Shown here piece by piece: positions 1 to 12,380 of a DNA stretch of 64,000 nucleotides; within the stretch, counting starts at the first letter, position 1; each line of letters starts with the position of its first letter. The position numbers and the translations under genes are program-made. The DNA comes from Sphyrna mokarran. Taxonomy: Eukaryota. The stretch covers positions 107,446,001-107,510,000 of the forward strand of contig JAGIQG010000003.1 of NCBI GenBank assembly GCA_024679065.1. The letters are read 5' to 3'. A model generated the notes under the pieces. It had not been told where the DNA came from. It saw only the letters and a program-made list of their open reading frames with translations, and did no database searches.

Positions 1-265
1 TAGTTGAACTACCTGATGCATAAACCTGGCTCTGACTACCTCCATGCTCCTACTCTGTAATGTGACGTCCTCTCTAAATGTACTGTCTGTGTAGCCCTCA
101 TCTAGTGATTCAAGGTGGCGCTTAAGTTCCGAAACCCAGAGCTCAAGTTTGTGCAGCAGGTATTACTTTTACCCATGGTTAATGAGGTCGCCAGTAGCAT
201 CCACAACTTCCCACATATTGCACGATATGCCTTTAACATGACTGAGCTACAGTGCTATGTTTTAA
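1..265 (-). mobile_element. CR1-type LINE ORF1 N-terminal fragment (degenerate Cys motif plus leucine-zipper-like region), continues beyond window start
   Basis: Manual minus-strand translation LSHVKGISCNMWEVVDATGDLINHG*K*YLLHKLELWVSELKRHLESLDEGYTDSTFREDVT resembles the N-terminus of vertebrate CR1 ORF1; contains stops. Confidence 0.6.
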
Positions 266-688
266 CTTTAATTTCCTTATATTAGCTGATTTTACTTTGA
301 TTTATTTATAATATTACTTTACCCTAACTTAATAAAGCTTGTAACTATTGTTTTATAATTTGAAAAATTACAAATACTGATAAATCTAATCAATACTTAT
401 CACACTTTGGGTTTCTTAAATGTCTCTTAAAGCTCTCTTTTCTCTGTACACCAAATTCCCAAGTGAACCTAATTTGTTACTGACTCAGTCTCCATCTCAA
501 TCAGACATAGTGGCTGAAATTTTACCAGCCTGCTGACCAAGGGAATCGGAGCTGACAAGGGCAGAGCACCGAAAAGTCCGTTGACCATAGGCAGGAGTTT
601 GGGATACCAAGGCCGTAAAATCCTGTCCAGTCTATTGTCTCTATGTTCATTTCTTACTACCGTGCAGCTTGAAAGACTCATTGTTGTA

Positions 689-1137
689 GAATAGAATAGA
701 ATAGAACATTACAGCACAGAACAGGCCCTTCGGCCTTCGATGTTGTGCCGACCAAAATAAAAAGCAATGCCCCTCCAAACTAAACCATTCCCTTCTCTTC
801 CATATACTTATCAATTAACCTCTTAAACGCCACCAAACTTGGCGCATCTACAACAGCTGCAGGCAGGGCATTCCACTCCCTAATCACTCTTTGAGTAAAG
901 AACCTACCTCTGATATCCGTCCTATAACTCATACCCCTTAATTTAAAGCTGTGTCCCCTCGTGCTAGCTTTCTCCATCCTAGGAAAAAGGCTATCACTGT
1001 CCACCCTATCTAAACCTCTAATCATCTTATATGCTTCAATAAGATCCCCTCTTAGCCGCCTCCTTTCTAACGAAAACAACCTCAAATCCTTCAACCTCTC
1101 TTCATAGGACCTGCCCTCCATACCAGGCAACATCCTG
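689..1137 (-). mobile_element. 5'-truncated young CR1 LINE (ORF2 C-terminus, 3'UTR, microsatellite tail)
   Basis: ORF 780..1169 TRMLPGMEGRSYEERL..LFSLERRRLRGDLIE..TRGHSFKL..FFTQRV..WNALP; (TAGAA)n tail at 687-706; flanked by GTTGTA at 683-688 and 1138-1143 (TSD overlapping microhomology). Confidence 0.95.
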
Positions 1138-1304
1138 GTTGTACCAACCCTCAACATCAACTGAACCATCTACTTTCAGCTGATTAGCAGATAACTGCCA
1201 TTACCTGACAGTTTCCCATTTAACAAGGTAGTTTAACTTGAAGATTGTTAATTCTCTGTTAAAACTTGACAGAGCATAACCTTGTGACATTTCCAACAAT
1301 CATT

Positions 1305-1650
1305 ATTTGTATTTATATTTAACACTATAAAATATCCCATTGTACTTCATCGTGGCATCATAAAACAAAATATGGCATTGAGCAATATTAGGAGATGGTA
1401 ATGTCAAAGTGATAGATTTTAAGGAGTGTCTTTAACAACAAAGAGATAGAGAGGTGAGAGAAGGAAAGCTAAAGCCACAGCCCCAGTGGTGTAGTAATTA
1501 AAATCAAGGATGCTTGAGAGTCTGAACTAAAGGTTTGTAAGACTGAAGAAAATCATAGAGATAGGGAGAGGCCACACTGTGGAGAGATTTGAAAACAAGG
1601 ATGCGAATTTTAAAATTGAGGTATTGTTTAAACAGGAGTCAATATAGGTT
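1305..1650 (-). mobile_element. Old L2-like LINE 3' end fragment
   Basis: Resembles 44122-44480 and the reverse complement of 26035-26630 (aaacaaaat..gagc..ggagat..tttaaggagtgtctt..agagatagagagg). Confidence 0.55.
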
Positions 1651-2800
1651 GGTAACAATCCACAGGACTAGTGTTTCTTAAAGCAAGGGTATAATGTTTA
1701 ACATTTTTCGTAGTATTAATTGACAGCATATTTCCAAAGCAACTGGAAGAATGACAGTAACTGATTGTAAGATACTGCCATGGAGACCCTTGTGAAACAA
1801 ATGAGGATAGAGACTCTCTTTCCTTTCCACGGTCATATGTAGCCTGGAATATTAATCAGACGAAATGGAATAATGTGATCGAAAGGGCAGTACCAACTGC
1901 ATTGTTCTGGACTCTGAGAAGGATTCTCCAATCTTATATGGAGAATTTTGTGCTCATCGAAAGCTCTTTTACTGCAGTGGGACAGAAAGTCCCAGCCGCA
2001 GGCAAGGTTGGAGGCCTCTGGCTGCAAGAAGAAGTTTAATTGGCTTACCATGATTGCCAATGGAAGACTCTGCTTCACACATATCTTATGCTGTTCAACC
2101 TTGCAACACTAAATTTTGTAACTTTAATACTTGCCATCCTTTCCTTGACCATTGGGAGTGGTGAAGAAAATGTTTGTCTTCTAAATGCTTGACTAATTCA
2201 GGCAGCTTGGAAAAGAACCAGAGTTTATTAGAGTTGCAACTTCACTTGCTCCGGCATTGTGTTGTTGAAATGAACCTTCATTTTGGCTACGCTATATTGA
2301 CAATGTAATGGCATTAATTTTAATTTTTGTCTTCACAAAATCATGTTAAAATGGTCAAGTTCCTTTAGAAAGGCAGTTACATAATGCAAGGGAAATTTCT
2401 TGGAGCATCCCACGGTGGCGAGGAGGGGATGTCTTGTATCCAGCCAATCTCAGCAAACACAAAGACTTGCAAAAGACAATATGCGGTTAAAAGGCATTCT
2501 TTATTTGACCAACGTATTGGGAGCGAGAAAATTAGCGGATTCCAACTTCTGTTTGCCCGAACATCACATGGATACAACAGATATGCATTTCTGAAGATTT
2601 GATACTCCCACCCATCCTGTCATCCAAGCTGGACAAGCTTAATACATTAATACACTTTATTTACTCTGGCCAACAGTATTTTATCTTCCAGCAGAATTAG
2701 GAATTCATTGGTCAACCGAACCCAGAAGCTCTCCCCCGGTTGCCTAGTAACTTTACTTGGATAAATTCAGTAGGTTCAAGAATCATCTTTAACAATTGCA

Positions 2801-4175
2801 GTCCCGCAAATTATAGACCAGTGAGCCTTACATCTGTTGTGGGAAAAGTTTTGGAAAGAATTATAGGGGATAGGATTTATAGTCATTTAGAAAGAAATGA
2901 ATTGATTAGGGATAGTCAGCATGGATTTGTGAAGGGAAGGTCATGCCTCACAAACCTTATTGATATTTTGAAAAGATGACTAACTAGGTGGATAAGGGTA
3001 AGGTAGTTGATGTGGTGTACATGGATTTTAGCAAGGCATTTGATAAGGTTCCCATGGAAGACTACTGCAGAAAATGCAGATGCATGGGATTGAGGGAGAT
3101 TTAGCAATTTGGATTAGGAATTGGCTAGCTGATAGAAGACAGGGAGTTGTGGTTGATGGGATATATTCAACCTGGAGTTTAGTTACTAGTGGTGTACCTC
3201 AGGGATCTGTTTTGGGGCCACAGTTGTTTGTTGTTTTTATAAATGACCTGGATGAGGGTGTAGAGGGATGGGTTAGTAAATTTGCTGATGACACCAAAGT
3301 CGGAGGAGTTGTAGACAGTGAGGATGGATGTTACAGTTTGCAAAGGGACATAGATAAGTTGCAGAGCTGGGCCGAGAAGTGGCAAATGGAGTTTAATGTG
3401 GAAAAGTGTGAGATGATTCACTTTGGTAAGAGTAATATGTGTGCAGAATATAGGGCTAATGGTAGGACTCTTAGTAGTGTAGATGAGCAGAAAGATCTCA
3501 GTGTACAGGTGCATAGATCTCTGAAAGTTGGTACTCAAGCTGATAAGGTTGTTAAGAAGGCGTATAGTGTGTTAGCATTTATTGGTAGAGGGTTTGAATC
3601 TCGGAGCTGAGAAGTTATATTGCAACTGTACAAAACTCTGGTGCGGCCGCACTTGGAATATTGTGTACAGTTTTGGTCGCCACATTATAAGAAAGACGCG
3701 GAGGCATTGGAAAGGGTGCAGAGGAAGTTTACCAGGATGTTGCCTGGTATGATGGGTAGGTCTTATGAGGAAAGGCTAAGAGACTTGAAGTTATTTTCAT
3801 TAGAGAGAAGGTTAAGAGGTGACTTAATTGAGATATATAAAATGATCAGAGGGTTAGATAGGGTGGATATTGAGAGCCTTTTTCCTCGGATGGAGATGGA
3901 TAGCACGAGGGGACATAGCTTTAAATTAAGGGGTGGTAGTTATAGGACAGGTGCTAGAGGTGGGTTCTTTACTCAGAGGGTAGTAAGGGCGTGGAATGCC
4001 CTGCCTGCAGCAGTTGTGGACTCGTCAAGTTTAAGGGCGTTCAAATGGGCAGTGGATAGGCATATGGATAGCATTGGAATAGTTTAGGATAGAGGGTCAT
4101 AAAATTGATTACATTGGTCGGTGCAACATCGAGGGCCGAAGGGTCTGTACTGTGCTGTAATGTTCTATGTTCTAT
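2801..4175 (+). mobile_element. 5'-truncated CR1 LINE, disrupted ORF2 reverse transcriptase
   Basis: NYRPVSLTS, SQHGFVKGRSCLTNL, SGVPQGSVLGP, KFADDTK, YKTLVRPHLEYCVQFWSP motifs over ORFs 2740-2979, 3074-3610 and 3620-4087; one frameshift and one stop; (TTCTATG)n tail at about 4162-4175. Confidence 0.95.
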
Positions 4176-5426
4176 GAGAACTAGAAGGTCTTTTTCCTGT
4201 CTCTTTATCAGTGAAGGTTGAATTGCAGCTACTCAGTATAGCTAGAAGCTGAATCCTTCTATATATTTCAATAACCTTGGTTGCCTGTAGCTGTTTGGTT
4301 TGCCCCTGATAATAGAGTATAAGCTCTATGCTTGTTCCTAAAGTATGTGGTCTGTCTAATTAAACGTATTTCCCGTTACGCTCAGGGGTAAATTGCCTGT
4401 TGACCAGAGCTCACAAGAAAATACAAAAATACAGTTTAACTCTATAATACTTACTCAAAAATAATTATATATGTACTTATACAGACACTATCTTCGTATA
4501 ATATAAGTGAGGCACATTATGAAACTGGAACATATACAAGGAAGACTGTGGTCCCTATTTTAAACTGATCTACTTACTTTAATAGTCTCAAAAGCAGGGA
4601 TTTCTGTATCTCCTGCTACGCATAATCATTTTTTTTGTCCAGTACATTTGGAAAGAATGTAAAAAAAAAACCTGTCATACAAAAATGAGAGTAATTAATT
4701 ATTCCACTTGAATTTGAACAGTGATTTTAACGTGCAGATTAATAATTTATTAAACTAGCACATTCAGCAACAAGTCATTGATTGGACTGGCACCTTTTTT
4801 ACTTGCAATTTATTTTCATTTTTCATTTCATGCCTCACTTTTAGTTTTGTTTCTGTTTCTAAATTATTCATTCATTTATAATAAACTTCAAAATCTAGGT
4901 AGCAGGATGGAGTACAGGTTTGTGCTTGCTATTCATTACAATTGGCATTCATGATTTTAGTTGTGCCACTAATAGAAGGCACAATTTGCATATCCAGACT
5001 GAAGAAAGAAAAATTGGGGAAAGTGAGTCCAGGCAACTTTTAATCGGTGCACATCTTAAATCGTTACTTTTGTCTTGAACAAAAAGGATTTGGAGGCAAT
5101 CCAATGCAAAAGAGGTACTTAGGTTTGCAAATTACTTCTTTTTCCAATAAAGTTAAAAGATGCAAGAATATTCCAGAAGGTTGTCTTCCATTTCTTGGCC
5201 CATTTACTATTGCAAGACAACAATATAATTCAAATTTGCTGATATTTGTCTTTGTCCTTAGAAATGTTTTCCTTGCATGGTCACAGAAATGGTCCCTTTT
5301 AAAATGTAGCGCTGATGGATGAATGGGATTTGTGGGACTTGGTACAAGATAGATTACAGGCTGCATCGTTTTTGATAAGGTACCAGGTCTTTGTTCTGAA
5401 ATTGCACTATTTTGTGCACCTCTTTG

Positions 5427-6890
5427 ATAGGAGATAGGAACAGGAGTAGACAATTTTGCCTCTCGAGTCTGTTCTGCCATTCAATGAGATCATGGCTGTT
5501 CTGTGACCTAACTCCATGGGAAGTTTCCTGATTCTGCCAGAACAGATTTGCAGGTAGGGGTCACACAAAGTTCCCTACGTAGCCTTTCTGCTGCCATCCT
5601 GCCTGCACTCTACCTATCTGCAATTTGGAGATGGGGAAGACAGGGATGGCTGAATTTAGCCTTCCTATCTATAATCCGAATTGAGGTATTTATTAGCTAA
5701 TCAATGGCCAGTTAAAGTACACTTGCCACTCCAGCTGCAATTTTAAGGCTTGTGGAATGGAGTTGGGATTGGGTGTTCAGGGAAGAGCCTGGGGGTGTTA
5801 TTGGGCTAGTACAATGATTTCCTTACTGTTGTAGTTAAAAGTAGCCTGACAAAATCACAGAGCTGTTCAAAGTGATTTATTGTCAACTGGAGCACTACAG
5901 GATCGTGATACAATCTTTATGACTAGTCAGAGAGTCAAATTCAGAAATACATAAGCAAGAATAGTTTCAAATTCAATTATATGTAATTAGCATATACCAA
6001 TCAAAGTAGAGGAATTCTCCATCCACTCATAGTTATTGATTAAGGTTACTTCATGCTATATAACGGTATAGTGTCCAATTATAATTTGTGCATGTTATAT
6101 TATCAAACAATGATAGCTATATTTCTGACCAATGGTATATCAACTTCCCTTTCCATTGTTCCTTGTTCTAATGGACAAACATAAACTACAGCTGCACATT
6201 ATTCACTTAAGTGGACCTTAATTTTTATCTTAATCGACTTCATTCATGATCTGTGATTTTCACATAGCTTTCCTGGGTGACTGAGTTACAGCTTGCAGTT
6301 ATGTGATTTTTGTGTGACTATTAACCTTTTCAGGGGACTGAGGCCTATTAGATTATCCCATTCTAGCCTTGGGTGAGGAGGAGGGTGCCTCCATTACTGC
6401 TCCCCTTGTAAAATCTTTTGACCTACACTTCCTAATCTGCAGCAATGGTTTCTCTCTATCTATGCTATCCCAATTAATATTTTGAAAGCATTAATCAATT
6501 CAGCATAATATTTAAATGCAGGGAATACAACCCGAGTTTATGTAATCTCTTCTAATGATTTAATCTTTTAGTCCATTCTATAAATCTACGCTGTACTCCC
6601 TTCAAAGTCAATATATCCTTTCTTTGCTGGGGTGCCCAGAAATTGACATGGTACAGATATATAGACCAGCATTTAATTAATCTTTTTCAATATTTTCTGT
6701 ATCTATCCATTTCATTTTAATGATTGATGTGCATAGACCCCTAAGCCTCTTTGGACCTCCACTGCTTCAAGGTTTTCACCAAGTAGACATTACCCTGAAC
6801 TGTTAGGTCCAAAGTGGATGACTGGATACATGGCTAAACTTTAAATCAATTCACTATAATTTTGACCATCCCTTAATTTATTAATATCTT
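5427..6890 (-). mobile_element. Old CR1 3' portion broken by nested insertions (about 5518-6420)
   Basis: CR1 reverse tail motif ataggaacaggagtagac..tctgccattcaatgagatcatggctg at 5427-5517; degraded reverse ORF2 3' sequence resumes at about 6425. Confidence 0.55.
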
Positions 6891-7420
6891 ATTGGCAAAC
6901 TTGAATACATACCTTGATTTAAGTTAACAAATAGGTAAGTAGGCTATTCTATTCACATTTCCTTAAAATGATGCCATGATAAAGAGTAGTTTAAATGTAT
7001 TGACATTACTTATTATATTAAAAAGCATTTAACACTATACAATGAATTTTGTTTGCCAAATCAATCATTGGGTAAATTTAAAAAGCAAAAAGAAAATATT
7101 CCAATATATATTTTCAACATCTTGAATTATAATCTTCTAGTGCCTTACAATCAAAAAATCCCTTTAGAAATTGAGTGCATAATCTATGTAAAGTGAACAG
7201 TTTGCATAATCCATGAAATCGTGAAGTGAATTGTGATTTAAAGATTTTAAAGTAAAGTCAGTATTGTTCCCCAGAGGTTTGACCTAATCCCTCTTTATTA
7301 ATAGCCTGAAAGGTTTGAATTTTTCTCCCAGATTTAAAAATTCTTCAGAAGTTTTTCATTTAAAAGAATCTTAGCTGTGGAAGTGACTTTGCCAGAATCA
7401 TCCGAGAATCTTTTCATTTT

Positions 7421-7633
7421 TTTTATGTATTTAATGTGGTTGTATCTCTGCTGGTAGAATGCCAAATGACCTGTAGTGACATAAGCAGAGATGTTTGTGG
7501 GTTTTTGCAGTACATTCGTCTTGGACCTTGGATGACCAACATTTCCTCAATAAACCTGCATTGTATTTGACTTTAACCCATTAGTGTGGCACCTCATTAC
7601 TTTTTTCTTCAAATTCCAAGTCAAGACTTAACA
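7421..7633 (+). repeat. 5' LTR of Gypsy element
   Basis: atctctgctggtagaa...aataaa.ctgcatt...ctttaacccat.agtgtgg...ttcttcaaattcc..gtcaa.acttaaCA is shared with 13696-13907; contains AATAAA. Confidence 0.85.
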
Positions 7634-8377
7634 AACAGAAAACTGGTGATGAAAGTGGAATATTAAAAAAAATGTTCAACCAGATTCTGGGAAAAAAAAT
7701 CCAACATATTGGATCAAAAAGATGATCAAAGGTGAGGAAAAAAAGCTGGTGATGCAAAACTTTACAAAAACAAATCATATGCAAGCATGAAACAAGAAAA
7801 AAAACTTACTTACTATTTAAATGGTAAGGACCTCCAAGAAATGAAGATCACAAAGTGGCAAAATAAAATGAGTAGCAGGAACAGAGAATCTCACGACAGA
7901 GAATAAAAAGGTCTATGACATCTTAAGGGAAGAATTCCAGGCAAAAGAAAATTTTTGCATAGTTAGATAGGGAAATCGCTTGCATTGTGCAAGCTTAGTT
8001 TGGAAACAAAAATCAAAATTACAAATCCATAAGGAAAATATTGGGAAAATGGAAGAAAATATAGAACGGATGAGCAAATAAGTGAAATGGCGGGAAAAGT
8101 GGTTCCATGGATGCATTTGATGAAAATTCTGAGACTTGGAACTCGTGAAGAAAGATTTCAATACTATCTACATGCAAATCAAATATTAATGGCCTAAAGG
8201 TTGCAACATTTCTCAGTTTGGTAGCTTGTAAAATTTTTACATTGCTGTAAAGTCTAGTCCATCCAAAGAGCCAGGAATTATAACCTCTGACAAATTGACA
8301 AAGGTTTTAGAGCATTTCTTGCTGAAACCGCTCACCTTTGTAGAAAGGTTTAGGTTCCATCACTGAAGCTGGGAGGA

Positions 8378-8699
8378 ATCATCAAATCTACAGTGCAGAA
8401 GAAGATCATTTGGCCCATCAAACCTGCATTGATAACAATTCCACCCAGGTCCCAAACCCGTAACCCCACGTGCTTGTCCACCTAATCCCTCTTACACTAA
8501 AGGGCAGTTTATTACGGCCAATCAACTTAACCCATGTGTCTTTGGACTGTGGGAGGAAGCTAGAGCACCTGGAGGAAAGCCACACAGACACAGGGAGAAT
8601 GTGCAAACTCCACACAGACAATCACCCGAGGCTGGAATTGAACATGGGTTCCTGGCGCGGTGAGGCAGCAGTGCTAATTACTGTGTCACTCTACTGCCC
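8378..8699 (-). mobile_element. HE1-like tRNA-derived V-SINE with CR1-type tail, inserted in Gypsy gag
   Basis: V-domain ggaggaagctagagcacctggaggaaagccacacagacacagggagaatgtgcaaactccacacagac; reverse A/B-box head; ctacagtgcagaag tail. Confidence 0.9.
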
Positions 8700-9440
8700 A
8701 GTGAAAGCATTTCACAGTTTGTGGTGAAAATATTGCACTCTTGATGGTACACTTTGCAATAGGTTAGTACTTGGATTCTGGAACAATGCTATCTACTGAA
8801 AGTACATTGACTTTTAAGTCAGCAGTACAAGTTGCAATGTCAATGGAGATGGCTATAAAAGAGGCTTCACAGAAAGTAGCTGGGGCAAAGATCTACAAAA
8901 TGGAGACCACTAGAAATAAATCTGCAAAACCATAAGCATGTCACCGCTATGCACATGTTGGACACTTAGTGGGAAATGCTAGAATGGGGAAACAAGTGCA
9001 AAAATTGTGGCAAAATGGACCATATTTCCAAAGCACACTGGACATGGCGAACTTCCCCTTCACCAGAGATGTGTAAGAAAAATAATATATTGCAGTCTTC
9101 AAGAAGAATCGATAACATGACAAACAAAATGAAGATAATGTGCCCAGCCAAGTTCAGGAGCCGATGCTGGATGTCTTGCCAGTTCAGGGTGATTCACAGT
9201 GTTTTTATGTATTCCCAAAATTCGAGGGTAAACGAGTCAAAATGAAGGTTGATACTGGAGATTTGACATCATTACCATTTGGGACAATTTATAATCAGAA
9301 TCTAAAGCCTCAGCTGTTGAAACCATCAAATGTTATTCAGTGAATGTGCAAGAGGTCATATCACTAAAATGACAGTTAAGATAAAAGTGGAAGTGAATGG
9401 ACAAACAGCGGAGTTGCCTCTGCACATTGTCATTGGGAAC

Positions 9441-9570
9441 TTAAAATTTATTCATTGGTCACAAATAAGGCTTACATTACACTGCAATGAAGTTACTGTG
9501 AAATTCCCCTAGTCTCCACACTCCGGCGCCTGTTCAGGTAAATGCACTTAACCAGCATATCTTTGAGACT
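9441..9570 (-). mobile_element. 5'-truncated SINE (second tail type) inserted in Gypsy protease
   Basis: ggcttacattacactgcaatgaagttactgtgaaattcccctagt matches the tails at 20905-20990 and 47783-47870; interrupts the reading frame IVIGN|FPALF. Confidence 0.8.
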
Positions 9571-11160
9571 TTCCTGCTTTATTCAGTACAGCATCATTGG
9601 AAAAAATATAATTCAACTGGGGAGCCGTAAGTAACTTGTTGATCAGAGGACTGACCAACAGCAACCTCTGAAAAGTCCTGAAGTGTGTTTGAAAATTCAC
9701 TGGGCTTAATGGCAGAACTTGAAGCTGAGCTCAAGGTTAAGCATAACAATCTGAAAGCCAGAGCAGTATCATATACCATCTGATCAAAAGTTGAAGAAGA
9801 ACTGGAAAGACTTGTCCATTCAGGAGACATTGAACCATGAACTGCAAGTGATTGGGTTACACCTATAGTGCCTGAACAAAAACCTGATGGTTCAGTAAGT
9901 ATATATGGAGATTTGAATACAACTATTAGCCCAGTTTTTTGTGCTGATCAGGATTCATTACTGCTGACTGAAGACCTAGTTGCTGGACTTTGCTATGTGC
10001 AAAACAGGCATAGCACTGGATGAGGGAAGCGAAAGAACATATTAAAAATTGAAAGAAACCTGAAGGAAATCAGAAGTATTGGTTCACTTCAAGCCCAGCT
10101 GAAGGTGCTTGTGATGCATCATCCTATGGGGAAATGCAGTTGTGTCGCACATCATGCCATCAGGAGGAGAGATCAATAGCCTTCGCTTCCTCAGCTTCCA
10201 CTAACATAAAAATTAAGCTTAGCTGAAGAAAAAACATTGAGTATCATATTCGGAGTAAGAAGATTTCATTAATGTCTTTATAGGTGTCATTTTACACTTT
10301 TGATGGATTATCGGCCCTTGATGACAATCCTCTGGCCATATAAAGCTATTCCTTTCTTGGCAAATATTAGGTTACAGATATGGGAGCGAATTTTCCCATT
10401 TCATTTGCCGTGGGAATCATAGTGCACAAGAGTTGGTCCTTGAGAAGGTCTAGGATTTTGAGTAGGATTTTCTGCTTCCAGAGTGACCGCGGCCGGCAAA
10501 TACCACCGATGGTTTATGCTACTATATTGGCATACACCTATAGTATTCAGTATTGTCAGTTGGAGCAACATGCAAATGCTGATGCTTTGTCAAGATTGCT
10601 TTTACAAATTAAGAAAGAACCTGAAGAATATTTTGTAAACATCATACATTTCTTACAAGTGGAAAGTGTACCAATGACTTCATCTCAAGAACAGAGACAC
10701 ACAAGAAATGATCCAGTGATGCGGAAGTTCATGGATATGGTCCTGAAAGGGACAATGACAAAAATACACAATAAAAATCAGAATTCAAGCCTTGCATCAC
10801 AAGAAGACTTGAGCTGACAGTCCAGAGTGGAGGTTTATTATGGTAATCTGAGTGATTATTCTTCTGTGACTGCATGGAAGAATCTATAAAGAATGACTTG
10901 AGAGACGTCTGGGTGTGGCGAGAATGAAGAAACTGGCATGTCATTATTTTTGGTGGCTAGGGTTAGAAGCTCAAATCAAAGAGAAAGTGGGACAATGTCA
11001 GTCCTGCCAAAACTAAAGAACATTCCATCTCTACAATCCTTACATTTTGGTAATGGCTGAAACAATCATGATGTGGAAATGCCGGCGTTTGACTGTGATA
11101 AACACAGTAAGAAGTCTGACAACACCAGGTTTAAGTCCAACCGATATGTTTGATAATAAA

Positions 11161-11198
11161 CTCACAAGCTTTCGAGTTTCCTCTCTTCGTCAGGTGAA
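11161..11198 (-). ncRNA. Minimal type I hammerhead ribozyme motif (PLE-associated)
   Basis: Reverse complement reads uucac-CUGACGA-A-GAG-aggaaa-CUC-GAAA-GCUU-gugag: core boxes intact, stem I and stem II pair, palindromic AGCU in the stem III position. Confidence 0.8.
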
Positions 11199-12342
11199 TG
11201 AAGAGTTCTGGGCCTCAGACAGTACATATAATAGAACAGACAACTTAGAAGTTACTGATTAGAATGCGAATCTTTACACCTAACCTGCTATTCAAGTGGC
11301 TCACAATGTGCGTGGAAGGAGCACTGAGCACAGGTTAAAGGCATGTGCATTGTCTCCAGACAGTACAGTAAGTGAGGTTTTGCAAACCCAGGCAAGCCAT
11401 GGGGGTTACAAATAGTGTGACATGAACCCAAGATCCCTGTTGAGACTGTCTTCATGTGCGGAACTTGGCTATCAGTCTCTGCTCAGCAATTCAGCCTGTC
11501 TTACAGAGGTTGCTGTGCCAAGGTTGTGTGACATTGTAGTCACTGTTCTCCTGAAGGCTGGGTAGTTTGCTGCGAACAATGATCTGTTTGAGGTTGCGCG
11601 GTTGTCTGAAGGCAAGAAGTGGGGCTGTGGGGATGGCCCTGGCGAGATGTTCGTCTTCATCAATGATATGTTGAAGACTCCAGAGAAGATGTCGTAGCTT
11701 CTCTGCTCTGGGGAAGTACTGGACAACACATACTGGATCATCAACATGGATGACATCATCACACATGAGAATACCATCCACCAGGTCCACGGCACATACT
11801 CTTGCAACTCGGCCAACGTTGTCTACCTAATACGTTGAAAGAAAGGATGTCCCGAAGCATGGTACATTGGGGAGACCATGCAGACACTATGACAGCGGAT
11901 GAATGAACATTGCTCAACAATCACGAGGCAAGACTGCTCCCTTCCTGTTGGTGAACACTTCAGTGGTCACAGGTATTCGGCCTCCGGCCTTCAGGTAAGC
12001 ATTCTCCAAGGTGGCCTTCACAACACACGACAGCGCAGAGTCGCTGAGCAGAGACTGATAGCCAAGTTCTGCACACACGAAGATGGTCTCAACAGGGATC
12101 TTGGGTTCATATCACACTATCTGTAACCTCCAGGACTTGCTTGGTTTAGCAAAAAACCTCACTTACTGTACTGTCGGGAGACAATACATATCTCTTTAAC
12201 CTGTGCTCAGTGCTCCTTCCACTCACATTGTTAGCCACTTTAAGACTTGAATAGCAGGTTAGGTGTAAAGATTTGCATTCTAATCAGTAATCTGTAAATT
12301 GTCTGTGCTATTATATGTACTGTCTGAGGCCAGAACTCTTCA

Positions 12343-12380
12343 TTCACCTGATGAAGAGGGGAACCTCAAAAGCTTGTGAG
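12343..12380 (+). ncRNA. Minimal type I hammerhead ribozyme motif, core mutated (GAAA>AAAA)
   Basis: uucac-CUGAUGA-A-GAGG-ggaa-CCUC-AAAA-GCUU-gugag; the G12>A change lies at a CpG. Confidence 0.7.

Noticed and set aside
5047-5480. Overlapping 91-aa and 138-aa ORFs
   Set aside because: No recognisable domain or exon boundaries; the minus ORF starts inside a CR1 tail.
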